Part shown: piece after piece, positions 7,495-16,171 of the stretch | How positions within the stretch are numbered: position 1 is the first letter of the stretch | How the letters are laid out: each line of letters starts with the position of its first letter | NCBI GenBank assembly: GCA_036376445.1 | Contig: DASVAI010000298.1 | Span: 1-38,657 of the forward strand | DNA length: 38,657 nucleotides | Source: Acidobacteriaceae bacterium | GTDB taxonomy: Bacteria > Acidobacteriota > Terriglobia > Terriglobales > Acidobacteriaceae | Direction of reading: 5' to 3' | Translations under genes and position numbers: made by a program | Notes under the pieces: generated by a model | The model's database searches: none | What the model was told of the DNA's origin: nothing | The model's input: the letters and a program-made list of their open reading frames with translations, nothing else

Positions 7495-8508
7495 ATGAAC
7501 CAAGGACGTTCGGGTCGAACCTACAACCAACTTCACGCGCCGCGAAAGTACACGCCGGGCAAGCGCCGGTTCAGCGTTTATTGGGCCTGGAGTTACCCAT
7601 GGGAGGCAAACCGCGACGTAACGGAAATGGATAATCGCTTCTCGACGATGACTGAGGTGCGCCGGGTTGGATGGCCGAACTTTGAGTCGATTGAATATTC
7701 GGAGCAGATGTTTCTTCAGGGCATTGCAGGAACTCTTGAACTCTTCCATTTGTCACTCGTGAGCTTCCAGAAAGCGGTCGGCGAAGTCACCGGGCATCCC
7801 GTGGCCGTTTACCAACGGATCGATCAGGCCGGGCAGAGGTTACCGATAGACGAGCGGATACTCGACGATACAGACACGTTAATGGTGTTTGGCTTGGACC
7901 ACATCGTGACAGAGCAGGAAGCTTCTCCCGAAGAAATTGAAGCGCTGCGGAACTTTCTCACACGTGAGGGCACTTGTCTGATCCTTGGTCCGCACCATGA
8001 CGTGGGCGTCTCCGCCGACCTAAAAACGCGCCAGGTGGAGTATGCCCATCACGGCGACCCGCTGGTCCCCCGCCAGCAACGTTTCGGCAAGTACACCCGA
8101 TCGCTGATGAAAGGGCTTGGAGTGCCAGTCGAAAATCGGTACGGTCTTCGGCCGGCAACTGTCCCCGGAACAACTCGCACGGTTCCCCTTTCCACCGTCA
8201 AGGACCTGGACACTCGAGGTTGGCTGACCGATGTCAACACTTTCGTCTTTCACATGCACCTGCCGCATTACGCCGTGACCACAGATGATCCCAAGGCCAT
8301 TCGTGTTCTGGCGCGACAACCGGTAGATATGTCGAGACCACACCCGTTCATCGAAGCCGGGAACCGAGAGTTCAACATGTTTCTCTGGATGCCGGCAAAA
8401 GATGAGCGTGCGGGCGATATATTGCTGGCAGACTCGACGATTTTCACTACCTTGTTCGGGGGAGACGAGAGCCTGGAGCGCTTTTGGAAGAACCTTGCGA
8501 GCAAGTGA
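7495..8508 (+). CDS. Uncharacterised His-rich protein, possibly class I glutamine amidotransferase/ThuA-like fold
   Basis: GGGAGG RBS, 337 aa. DTLMVFG...EEIEALRNFL..EGTCLILGPHHD resembles the GATase-like core; contains HHGD and FHMHLPH; ends LERFWKNL. Confidence 0.7.
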   Translation: MNQGRSGRTYNQLHAPRKYTPGKRRFSVYWAWSYPWEANRDVTEMDNRFSTMTEVRRVGWPNFESIEYSEQMFLQGIAGTLELFHLSLVSFQKAVGEVTGHPVAVYQRIDQAGQRLPIDERILDDTDTLMVFGLDHIVTEQEASPEEIEALRNFLTREGTCLILGPHHDVGVSADLKTRQVEYAHHGDPLVPRQQRFGKYTRSLMKGLGVPVENRYGLRPATVPGTTRTVPLSTVKDLDTRGWLTDVNTFVFHMHLPHYAVTTDDPKAIRVLARQPVDMSRPHPFIEAGNREFNMFLWMPAKDERAGDILLADSTIFTTLFGGDESLERFWKNLASK

Positions 8509-9440
8509 TGCCGCGTGAGTGCAACAAGGCCCAGGGCTGGATTCTGGCCGCAGTTGGCTTTCTGGTTATTGGGATGCGAGCAGAAGCTCAGAATCGGGGC
8601 GTGTATCCGCTGGGAATGAGTGCTACCAACTCCGGAGTCACGCCTCAGCCTGGCTTTACTTACATCAACCAGCTGATCTTCTACTCGCGGGACCACGTCA
8701 AAGACAATGCCGGGAACACGCTGCCGGTTATCGGAGAGAACTACGTCCTTATGGACATGAATACATTGGCATGGGTGAGCAAGAAGAAGCTTCTTGGTGG
8801 AGCAAACTTCTCTGCTGTTGCGACTCTGCCATTCGCAAAGAACGACCTCACGTCAGATATCCAGGGGAAGATCAGTGGCGGTGGAGGATTTGCCGACTCA
8901 TTCTACCTACCTTTCATCCTGGGTTGGAACCGCGAGCGCGTCGCAATCCGCGCTATGTACGGTTTTCTTGCACCCACTGGCCGCTTCGTCGAGGGTGGGA
9001 GCGATAACGTCGGTTCAGGCTACTGGACACATACTCTCTCTTCAGGACAGACCTTCTATCTGACGGAGAACAAAAGTCTCGTCCTCTCTACCTTTCAGAT
9101 GTACGAGTTTCACACCACCCAGGAAGACACTGCTATCCATCCGGGGGACACATTTGATCTCGACTACTCGCTCATGCAATCGCTAACTGTCCCTGAAAAT
9201 CTCCGTCTGCAGATCGGCGTTGTGGGATACGAGCAAAGGCAGACGACTGCCAAGACTGGGCCGACAATTTCTTCGGTCGCGTCAAAGGACCGTTACTCCA
9301 TCAACTCGATCGGGTTTGCTGTCAGCGCGCCCTTCCCAAAGCGAAAAGCGAGTTTGGGCTTGAAGTATTTCAAGGAGTTTTTGGATCGTTCCACGTTCCA
9401 GGGATACTCGCTGCAGGTCTCTGGCTCGATCAGCTTTTAG
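8508..9440 (+). CDS. Outer-membrane beta-barrel of the phenol-degradation MetA-pathway / SphA 'transporter' family
   Basis: Signal peptide, PQPGF near the N-terminus, GFADS...P..LGW, APTGRF...NVGSGYWT, IHPGD, alternating beta-strands and a terminal Phe; start overlaps the upstream stop (TGATG). Confidence 0.8.
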   Translation: MPRECNKAQGWILAAVGFLVIGMRAEAQNRGVYPLGMSATNSGVTPQPGFTYINQLIFYSRDHVKDNAGNTLPVIGENYVLMDMNTLAWVSKKKLLGGANFSAVATLPFAKNDLTSDIQGKISGGGGFADSFYLPFILGWNRERVAIRAMYGFLAPTGRFVEGGSDNVGSGYWTHTLSSGQTFYLTENKSLVLSTFQMYEFHTTQEDTAIHPGDTFDLDYSLMQSLTVPENLRLQIGVVGYEQRQTTAKTGPTISSVASKDRYSINSIGFAVSAPFPKRKASLGLKYFKEFLDRSTFQGYSLQVSGSISF

Positions 9441-9473
9441 GCGTAATTCGATCTCGACTAAAGAGAGGGCATT

Positions 9474-10802
9474 ATGGGCGCAGCTGTTCTTGAACTCGAT
9501 CAGATCCAGAGCGGAGTACTGCGTCCGCGGCCTACACCGTATGTGGCGACTTATATAGTCCTTCGCATCGATGAGCGCAATGCGGGACGAGAACTGATGC
9601 GCCGATTGAGCACGGCTGTTGCATCGGCCGCTGACCCGGTAAGCCCCATACGCGACACCTGGGCAAGTGCAAGCCTCAGCTTTCAGGGTCTCAAGGTGCT
9701 CGGTGTTCCCCAAGACTCGCTGGACAGCTTCCCCCCGCAATTTCAACAGGGGATGGCGGCCCGCGCAAAAACGCTAAAAGATCATGGTGAAAGCAGCCCT
9801 GAGAACTGGGAAGCGCCGCTCGGATCGCCCGACGTCCACGTTGTCGTCACCGCACTTTCGCCCGACTCGGAACACCTTAAACCTGCGCTCGAACGTGCTC
9901 AGAAAGCATATCGGGAGTTGACTGGAATCACAGCAATATGGCGGCAGGATTGCCATGTTCTGCCAGATGAAAAGGAACCCTTCGGCTTCAAGGACGGCAT
10001 GAGCCATCCCGCGATCGAGGGTAGCGGCATTCCAGGATCCAATTCGCACGAAAAGCCGTTGAAGGCGGGCGAATTCGTACTCGGATACCCCGACGAGATC
10101 AGCGAGGCGCCGCAAATACCGCAACCAGAGATTTTGGGACGCAATGGAAGCTATGTGGTTTTTCGCAAGCTGCATCAACGCGTCGCCGCCTTCCGTCAAT
10201 ACCTGAAAGCCAACACCTCCGACGCTCAGGCTGAGGAATTCCTGGCAGCCAAGATGATGGGACGCTGGCGGAGCGGGGCTCCCCTCGCTTTGTGCCCTAT
10301 GCACGATGATCCCAAGATCGGCGTTGACTCGCGGCGCAACAACGACTTTCTATTCAAGGTGGACGATGCGATAGGCTACAAGACTCCTTTAGGCTCACAC
10401 ATCCGCCGCGTGAACCCGCGGGATGCTGATGTTGCCGGCTTGGTACGCATCCATCGAATGATACGCAGGGGAACCGCCTATGGCCCTCCTCTTCCACCGG
10501 ATGTTTTGGAAGATGATGGCGTGGACCGCGGGTTAATGTTTGCCTTCGTCGGCGCCCACATCGGCCGTCAATTCGAGTTCGTTCAATCTGAGTGGATGAA
10601 CGACAGTGCTTTTTTCGGGGGAACATCAGGGGTGGACCCCATATCCGGCGCGGGCGATGGTACCGGAGTCTTCGACGTGCCGAGGCGTCCTGTTCGAATG
10701 CGCCTCCAAGGTTTGCCCCGGTTCGTGGTCACACGCGGCGGAGAGTATTGCTTCATGCCAAGCCTCCACGCATTGCGGTGGCTCGCGGAACTCAAAGCAT
10801 AG
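9474..10802 (+). CDS. Dye-decolourising (DyP-type) heme peroxidase, cytoplasmic
   Basis: DQIQSG, GXXDG motif EPFGFKDGMSHP, GEFVLGY, NGSYVVFRKL, proximal His in SHIRRVNPR, distal Arg in IRRGTAYG, and QFEFVQ; no Tat or Sec signal. Confidence 0.92.
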   Translation: MGAAVLELDQIQSGVLRPRPTPYVATYIVLRIDERNAGRELMRRLSTAVASAADPVSPIRDTWASASLSFQGLKVLGVPQDSLDSFPPQFQQGMAARAKTLKDHGESSPENWEAPLGSPDVHVVVTALSPDSEHLKPALERAQKAYRELTGITAIWRQDCHVLPDEKEPFGFKDGMSHPAIEGSGIPGSNSHEKPLKAGEFVLGYPDEISEAPQIPQPEILGRNGSYVVFRKLHQRVAAFRQYLKANTSDAQAEEFLAAKMMGRWRSGAPLALCPMHDDPKIGVDSRRNNDFLFKVDDAIGYKTPLGSHIRRVNPRDADVAGLVRIHRMIRRGTAYGPPLPPDVLEDDGVDRGLMFAFVGAHIGRQFEFVQSEWMNDSAFFGGTSGVDPISGAGDGTGVFDVPRRPVRMRLQGLPRFVVTRGGEYCFMPSLHALRWLAELKA

Positions 10803-10829
10803 GAGCGAAATGGACACGTCACCTACAGC

Positions 10830-12245
10830 TCACAGAGTAAGTCGCAGGTGGAATGACTTCGGCTGGGTGAGCGAGACATATCCGCGCCGAGAGAGGCTAC
10901 AGCCATGTCCTGAATCCTTGATGCCAGTCCACGGGAGCGCAGGGTCAACATAATCACAGCGATTCATGAAGCAGGTGCCGCTTTCTATGCTGCTTCCAAT
11001 TCGAATTGCGGCGTCAACGTCCGCTGTCCACACCGAGGCGGTGAGACCATACCGACTGTCATTCATCAGGGCAACGGCCTCTGCATCGTCCTTCACCCGC
11101 ATCAGCGGCGCTACTGGGCCAAAGGTCTCTTCTGTCATCACCTGCATTCCATGGTCGACATTCACAAGAACCTGAGGCGCCACATAAGGAGTGCCTGGCT
11201 TGTTCCCTGGGAATAGCGAAGTGTCCAGTAAATGCCGCGCTCCTTTGTGTACAGCCTCTTCCACTTTTGAACGGACGGAGGCGGCCGCTCGCTCGCTGAT
11301 CACCGGACCCAGAGTTGTCGCGGGATCCAGAGGATTGTCCAACACATATTTCTTCGTAAGCTCGACAAAGCCCTCAACAAATTTTTCCCAAACATCCTGA
11401 TGAACGTAGATCCGTTCGACCGCACAGCAGGATTGCCCCGAGTTGAAGAACACGCCGTCCACCAGGTTCTCGACGGTTTGCTCCAGAAAAGCATCGGCGC
11501 GGACGTATGCCGGATCCTTTCCACCCAACTCCAGGCCTGCTCCGATAAAACGCTCTCCTCTTGCCCGCTGTATGCTGCGTCCACCATTCACTGAACCGGT
11601 GAATGCGGCGAAGCCGACACGTGGATCGCGAATGATCCGTTCCACCTGATCGTGAGCCAGATGCAGGAACTGGAAAATGCCCTCTGGCAGGCCAGCCTCG
11701 CTGAAGGCTTCAGCATATCTTTCGGCTATGAGCGGGGTTTGCGGCGCGGGCTTGAGTACCACGCTATTGCCCGCCATGATTGCCGGAATTACGACGTTGA
11801 CGGAGCATAAGTAGGGATAATTCCATGGCATGAGAGCGAGAACCAAACCTACAGGCTCGTTCCGGATGAAGCGGCGAAAGTTGTCCTTTGGCTCAATCTC
11901 ACAGTCCGCAAGCTCTGCTTCGGCGATGTCAATCATGTACAGCGCCCGTTCCTGAAAGCCGTTCCGAATCTCCATCGGGCTGTAACGAATCGGGCGGCCC
12001 ATCTGCCAGGTAAGCTCCGTGCCAAGCTGGGGGGCGCGCTCCACCAGCGAGGCCACAGCTCGCCTACAGATAGCGGCACGCTCGGAGATCGGGACCAGCT
12101 TCCACTCACGTTGGCTGTTCTTTGCCTTTGCCAGCGTGGCTTCAATTCCCGCATCAGATGCGAGCGGACGTTCTACATACACGGAGCCATCGATGGGACT
12201 CACTGTCTGGATGCGAGAGAAATTAGCAGCGGCATTCTGCGACAT
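10830..12245 (-). CDS. Aldehyde dehydrogenase (probable gamma-glutamyl-aminoacetaldehyde dehydrogenase)
   Basis: PWNYP, FTGSVNGG, LELGGKDP, catalytic Cys in FNSGQSCCAVER, EETFGP and YGLTASVW; substrate inferred from context. Confidence 0.92.
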   Translation of the reverse strand: MSQNAAANFSRIQTVSPIDGSVYVERPLASDAGIEATLAKAKNSQREWKLVPISERAAICRRAVASLVERAPQLGTELTWQMGRPIRYSPMEIRNGFQERALYMIDIAEAELADCEIEPKDNFRRFIRNEPVGLVLALMPWNYPYLCSVNVVIPAIMAGNSVVLKPAPQTPLIAERYAEAFSEAGLPEGIFQFLHLAHDQVERIIRDPRVGFAAFTGSVNGGRSIQRARGERFIGAGLELGGKDPAYVRADAFLEQTVENLVDGVFFNSGQSCCAVERIYVHQDVWEKFVEGFVELTKKYVLDNPLDPATTLGPVISERAAASVRSKVEEAVHKGARHLLDTSLFPGNKPGTPYVAPQVLVNVDHGMQVMTEETFGPVAPLMRVKDDAEAVALMNDSRYGLTASVWTADVDAAIRIGSSIESGTCFMNRCDYVDPALPWTGIKDSGHGCSLSRRGYVSLTQPKSFHLRLTL

Positions 12246-12247
12246 GA

Positions 12248-13021
12248 TCACTCAGGAGTTACGTATGCGGCGGCGATGCCGCCGTCAACCAGGAATTCAG
12301 TGCCTGTAATGAACGAAGACTCATCGGATGCCAGAAACAACGCGGCGCGCGCGATCTCTACCGCCTCACCGAAACGGCCGATCGGGATATGGACAAGCCG
12401 CCGGTTTCGTTTCTGTTCCGTGTCGAGGAACTTCATCAGCAGCTCGGTTCGGAGCGGCCCCGGACATAATGCGTTTACCCGGATGTTCTCCCGCGCATGG
12501 ACCACTGCGAGCTCACGCGTCAACGCCAGCACAGCACCCTTGCTTGCGGTATATGCGATCTGGGGAGTCGCCGCTCCGAGGAGCGCCACAAAAGAGGCCG
12601 TATTCACGATTGAGCCGCCACCCGCTCGACGTAACGCGGGGATGCCATATTTACATCCGAGGAACACCCCCTTGGCGTTGATGTTCATCGTGATATCCCA
12701 GACCTTTTCTTCAGTCGAAATCGCATCATCATCCTGGGCATGCATGATGCCGGCATTGTTGAATAGCACATTCAGCTTGCCAAACTGTTCTTCGGCAACT
12801 GCGATCATGCGCTCACAATCTGCTGCCTGGGAAACGTCCGCACGAACGTAGGCAGCTTTTCCGTTCTGCCGCTGTATCATCGCTACCGTCTCGTTGCCGC
12901 CCTTATCATCGACGTCGGCCGCGACTACACTGGCGCCCTCGCTTGCAAACAACAATGCAGCCTCGCGGCCGATGCCGCTGGAGGCGCCGGTAATCAGAGC
13001 TACCTTATTTTCGAGTCTCAC
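12248..13021 (-). CDS. Short-chain dehydrogenase/reductase (probable gamma-glutamyl-ethanolamide dehydrogenase)
   Basis: TGASSGIG, FNNAG, catalytic YTASK, IRVNALCPG and VDGG; GTG start with GGAGG RBS; substrate inferred from context. Confidence 0.92.
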   Translation of the reverse strand: MRLENKVALITGASSGIGREAALLFASEGASVVAADVDDKGGNETVAMIQRQNGKAAYVRADVSQAADCERMIAVAEEQFGKLNVLFNNAGIMHAQDDDAISTEEKVWDITMNINAKGVFLGCKYGIPALRRAGGGSIVNTASFVALLGAATPQIAYTASKGAVLALTRELAVVHARENIRVNALCPGPLRTELLMKFLDTEQKRNRRLVHIPIGRFGEAVEIARAALFLASDESSFITGTEFLVDGGIAAAYVTPE

Positions 13022-13037
13022 GATTCCCTTACCTCCG

Positions 13038-14474
13038 TCAGATTCTCTCGAAATATCGCCTGCGTTCCCAGTCCGTCACTGCGCCATTGAACGCCTTTTG
13101 TTCGGTTTCAAAGAAATGCGTATAGTGCGTCACCACTTCTTCGCCAAATGCTTTCTGCGCGAAGTCGCTCTTAGCGAAATGCTGAACCGCGTCACCTAGC
13201 GTGCTGGGAACCCGGTGAGCATCGGTTGCACCATAGAGATCGCCTGAGATGCTTTCCGGAGGCTCGATCTTTTCCGCAATCCCATCGAGTCCCGATGCCA
13301 AAGCCGCGGCGAAGGCGAGGTAAGGATTGCAATCCGCGCCCGGGATTCGACACTCGATGTGCAGACTTTGTTCCCGGCCGACTATGCGAAATCCGGCAGT
13401 GCGGTTGTCGTAACTCCACGCGATGCGGGTTGGCGCCCACGAGCCTTCGACATAACGCTTATACGAATTCACTGTCGGCGCATAGAACACCATCACCTCC
13501 GGTACATGGTGGATCCAGCCGCCCAGGAACCAACGAAATATGTTCGAGCACTTTACCGGCCCACATGACTCATCACCGACAAAGGCATTGACGCCGTTCC
13601 GCCACAGACTGAGATGGATATGACAACTGGATCCAGCGGCGCCAGTGGCAACTTTCGCCATGAAGCTGACGCTCAGTCCCATCTGTTCCGCCACTTCCTT
13701 CAGGCACTGTTTGTAGACGACGTGACGGTCCGCCATCTCCAATGCTTCTGCATGGACGATGTTGAGTTCGTGTTGACCAATACCCCATTCACCCTTGGAG
13801 CTTTCGACGGGAACTCCGGAAAGCTTGAGATGGTGCCGGACCGAAGCCGTGTAGTTCTCGTTCCGCGTTCCCTGGAGGATGTGATAATCCTCCGAATACC
13901 AGCCCGCCCCTTCCAAGCCGGCATAGTCCTTCATTGCGGCATCGCGATAGCTGTTCAGGAACAGGTAGTATTCCAATTCAGAGGCGAGCACACTCGCGAG
14001 CGACAACTCGCGAGCTCGCTCCAATTGTCGCTGCAGGATCGAGCGGGGTGCGACGGCAATGAGTTCCCCGGTTTTTTCACTTCGGGCATCACACAAAACC
14101 AGAGCCGTCTTCTCCAACCAGCTTGTGACACGCAGAGTGTTCAGGTCCGGCGCCAGAAGCAGATCGCCATAGCCACTCTGCCAACTGGTGAACCGATATC
14201 CGCTGACGGGCGCCATTTCCATATCGTTTGCCAGCAGATAGTCACACACATGCGTGCCATGGTCGGTTACGGTTTCGAGGAATGCTTCGGCGTCAAATCG
14301 TTTTCCAATCAAGCGTCCACAGTGATCCGTAAAGGCAACGATCACGGTGCGAACCTCGTCTCGCCGGACGAGGCCTTCCAGTTCATCTACTCCGAGCATC
14401 CCGGACACTCGAGACGTGTCACTCAGTTGAACGCTAGACATGTCTGCATGCCTTTCTATGCTTGAATGCGACAC
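13038..14474 (-). CDS. Glutamine synthetase-like gamma-glutamyl-amine ligase (GlnA4/PuuA type)
   Basis: ASELEYY, KGEWGIGQHELN, FMAK...GSSCHIHLSL, NSYKRY, WSYDNRT, IECRIPGADCNPY and TDWERRRYFE. Start may instead be ATG 14441. Confidence 0.9.
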   Translation of the reverse strand: MSHSSIERHADMSSVQLSDTSRVSGMLGVDELEGLVRRDEVRTVIVAFTDHCGRLIGKRFDAEAFLETVTDHGTHVCDYLLANDMEMAPVSGYRFTSWQSGYGDLLLAPDLNTLRVTSWLEKTALVLCDARSEKTGELIAVAPRSILQRQLERARELSLASVLASELEYYLFLNSYRDAAMKDYAGLEGAGWYSEDYHILQGTRNENYTASVRHHLKLSGVPVESSKGEWGIGQHELNIVHAEALEMADRHVVYKQCLKEVAEQMGLSVSFMAKVATGAAGSSCHIHLSLWRNGVNAFVGDESCGPVKCSNIFRWFLGGWIHHVPEVMVFYAPTVNSYKRYVEGSWAPTRIAWSYDNRTAGFRIVGREQSLHIECRIPGADCNPYLAFAAALASGLDGIAEKIEPPESISGDLYGATDAHRVPSTLGDAVQHFAKSDFAQKAFGEEVVTHYTHFFETEQKAFNGAVTDWERRRYFERI

Positions 14475-14491
14475 AAAGAACGCTATTCCCC

Positions 14492-15868
14492 CTATTGAAT
14501 AGGGTTACCCGCAGCCTGCGGTTCTGTACCGACAACTATCCTGCAGCGCAGGCGGTAAAAAATGTAACCAATCGCAAGCAGGAGAACGAAGAGCAAGGAG
14601 ACCAGAGGGTTGTAATACACCAGGCTGCCTAGGGCAATTGACGCGCTGAACAAGGTCCATGCGGGCATATATGGATATCCGATGGCGCGGAATGGCCGCG
14701 GCAGATCGGGCTCGCGCTGACGCAGCCGAATGAGTGAAACCATGCTGACGATGTACATGAGAAGCGCGCCGAGTGCCGAAACCGTCACAATGTTTGCTGT
14801 AAGCGGCTGTCCGCCAAAATGAATTATGTTGTCACTGAAAATGGCCGCAATTCCAACTACACCGCCAGCGAGGATAGCAACCCATGGCGTTTCAAACCTG
14901 AGATGGATTGCCGCCAGAAACCTGGGCAAAAACCCGGCGCGCGCAAGCGCGAATATCTGACGTGAATACCCGAGGATGATGCCGTGGAATGAAGCGATAA
15001 GGCCGAAGAGCCCCAGCCAAACCAGCATGTGCAACCAGCCGCTGCGAGCGCCGACGATCAGCTTCATGGCCTGCGGCAGCGGGTCATTGATGTTAGCCAG
15101 CACGCGCCAATCCCCGACAGATCCGGCAAAGTACATGACGCCGAGCGCAAGCAGCAGCAGCGTGCCGATGCCGGAAAGATAAGCAATCGGTATGGAGCGC
15201 TTGGGGTCTCGGACCTCCTCCGCAGCCATTGCTACGCCCTCGATGGCGAGAAAAAACCAGATGGCGAACGGAACGGCAGCAAACATTCCTCCGAGGAGAT
15301 GCGGAGAAAAGTGCTCACTGCCACCCCATCCATGGCTCAGGAAGTTATGGAGATGCGAACCGGGAGATACCACCATCATGAAGACAAGCAATTCTGCAAT
15401 CGCGAGCACCGTGACAATCACTTCGAAGGTGGCGGCAATCTGAACGCCTAAGATGTTGAGCAGCATGAAAACCAGATAAGCCAGCACGGCTGCTGTTCGC
15501 GGAGACAACGAAGGAAACTGCACATTGAGATACGCGCCAATGGCGAGCGCGATAGCGGGTGGCGCAAAGACGAATTCGATCAGCGTGGCCGCGCCGGCGA
15601 GGTAAGCGCCTGACGGGCCGAGTGCCCGCAGTGCATAGGCAAACGGACCTCCCGCGTGCGGTATGGATGTGGTCAGCTCAGTGAACGAAAAGATGAAGGC
15701 GGTGTACATTGCCGCGATGAACAATGTGGTTATCAAGAAGCCGAGCGTACCGGCATGCGCCCATCCGTAGCTCCACCCGAAATATTCGCCCGATATGACG
15801 AGGCCAACAGCGATCGCCCACAGTTGTAGGGTGCCCAGCGTGGCCTTCAGGTGGCTGCGCTCGTCCAA
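14492..15868 (-). CDS. eat: Ethanolamine permease (APC family)
   Basis: LWAIAVGLVISGEYFGWSYGW, ELTTSIPHAGGPF, AIWFFLAIEG and GLIASFHGII; about 12 TM segments; TTG start with GGAGGAG RBS. Confidence 0.9.
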   Translation of the reverse strand: MDERSHLKATLGTLQLWAIAVGLVISGEYFGWSYGWAHAGTLGFLITTLFIAAMYTAFIFSFTELTTSIPHAGGPFAYALRALGPSGAYLAGAATLIEFVFAPPAIALAIGAYLNVQFPSLSPRTAAVLAYLVFMLLNILGVQIAATFEVIVTVLAIAELLVFMMVVSPGSHLHNFLSHGWGGSEHFSPHLLGGMFAAVPFAIWFFLAIEGVAMAAEEVRDPKRSIPIAYLSGIGTLLLLALGVMYFAGSVGDWRVLANINDPLPQAMKLIVGARSGWLHMLVWLGLFGLIASFHGIILGYSRQIFALARAGFLPRFLAAIHLRFETPWVAILAGGVVGIAAIFSDNIIHFGGQPLTANIVTVSALGALLMYIVSMVSLIRLRQREPDLPRPFRAIGYPYMPAWTLFSASIALGSLVYYNPLVSLLFVLLLAIGYIFYRLRCRIVVGTEPQAAGNPIQ

Positions 15869-15894
15869 GTGTCACTCCTCCGGCGTCACGGTCC

Positions 15895-15933
15895 TTTGCC
15901 TATCCCAGGCAGGATTTGCCTAGGATAGGCAAA
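15895..15933 (-). promoter_or_regulatory. Strong hairpin in the putative 5' leader of the eat operon
   Basis: Minus strand TTTGCCTATCCTAGGCA-AATCC-TGCCTGGGATAGGCAAA gives a 17-bp stem with one U-G pair and a 5-nt loop. Confidence 0.6.
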
Positions 15934-16171
15934 TAGGCGTCATTCCAGTAGTGGAATTCGGCAAAATGCTGCATCGCAAGTCGGCGCCGGTCACTGCGAC
16001 GAGGGGCTCCCGATCGGCGGCGCGCTCAGCAACTGCGGACGCGATGATGGTAAACCGCAGAACATCGTGTTGTTGGAGCAGTTTGCGCCACGTCCTCACT
16101 TTCTTGCGCAAAATTCATTTGTTTGTCGCTGTGGCCGAAGGCATAATCTTCGAACACACGCCTTTCAGGAG

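Noticed and set aside
10740-10802. Encapsulin cargo-loading peptide on the DyP
   Set aside because: The C-terminus ends LRWLAELKA with no GSLxIGSL-like tail, and there is no encapsulin gene in the window.
13038-14474. Calling this gene the housekeeping glutamine synthetase glnA
   Set aside because: Its context (eat, SDR, ALDH) and GlnA4/PuuA-like motifs point to an amine ligase.
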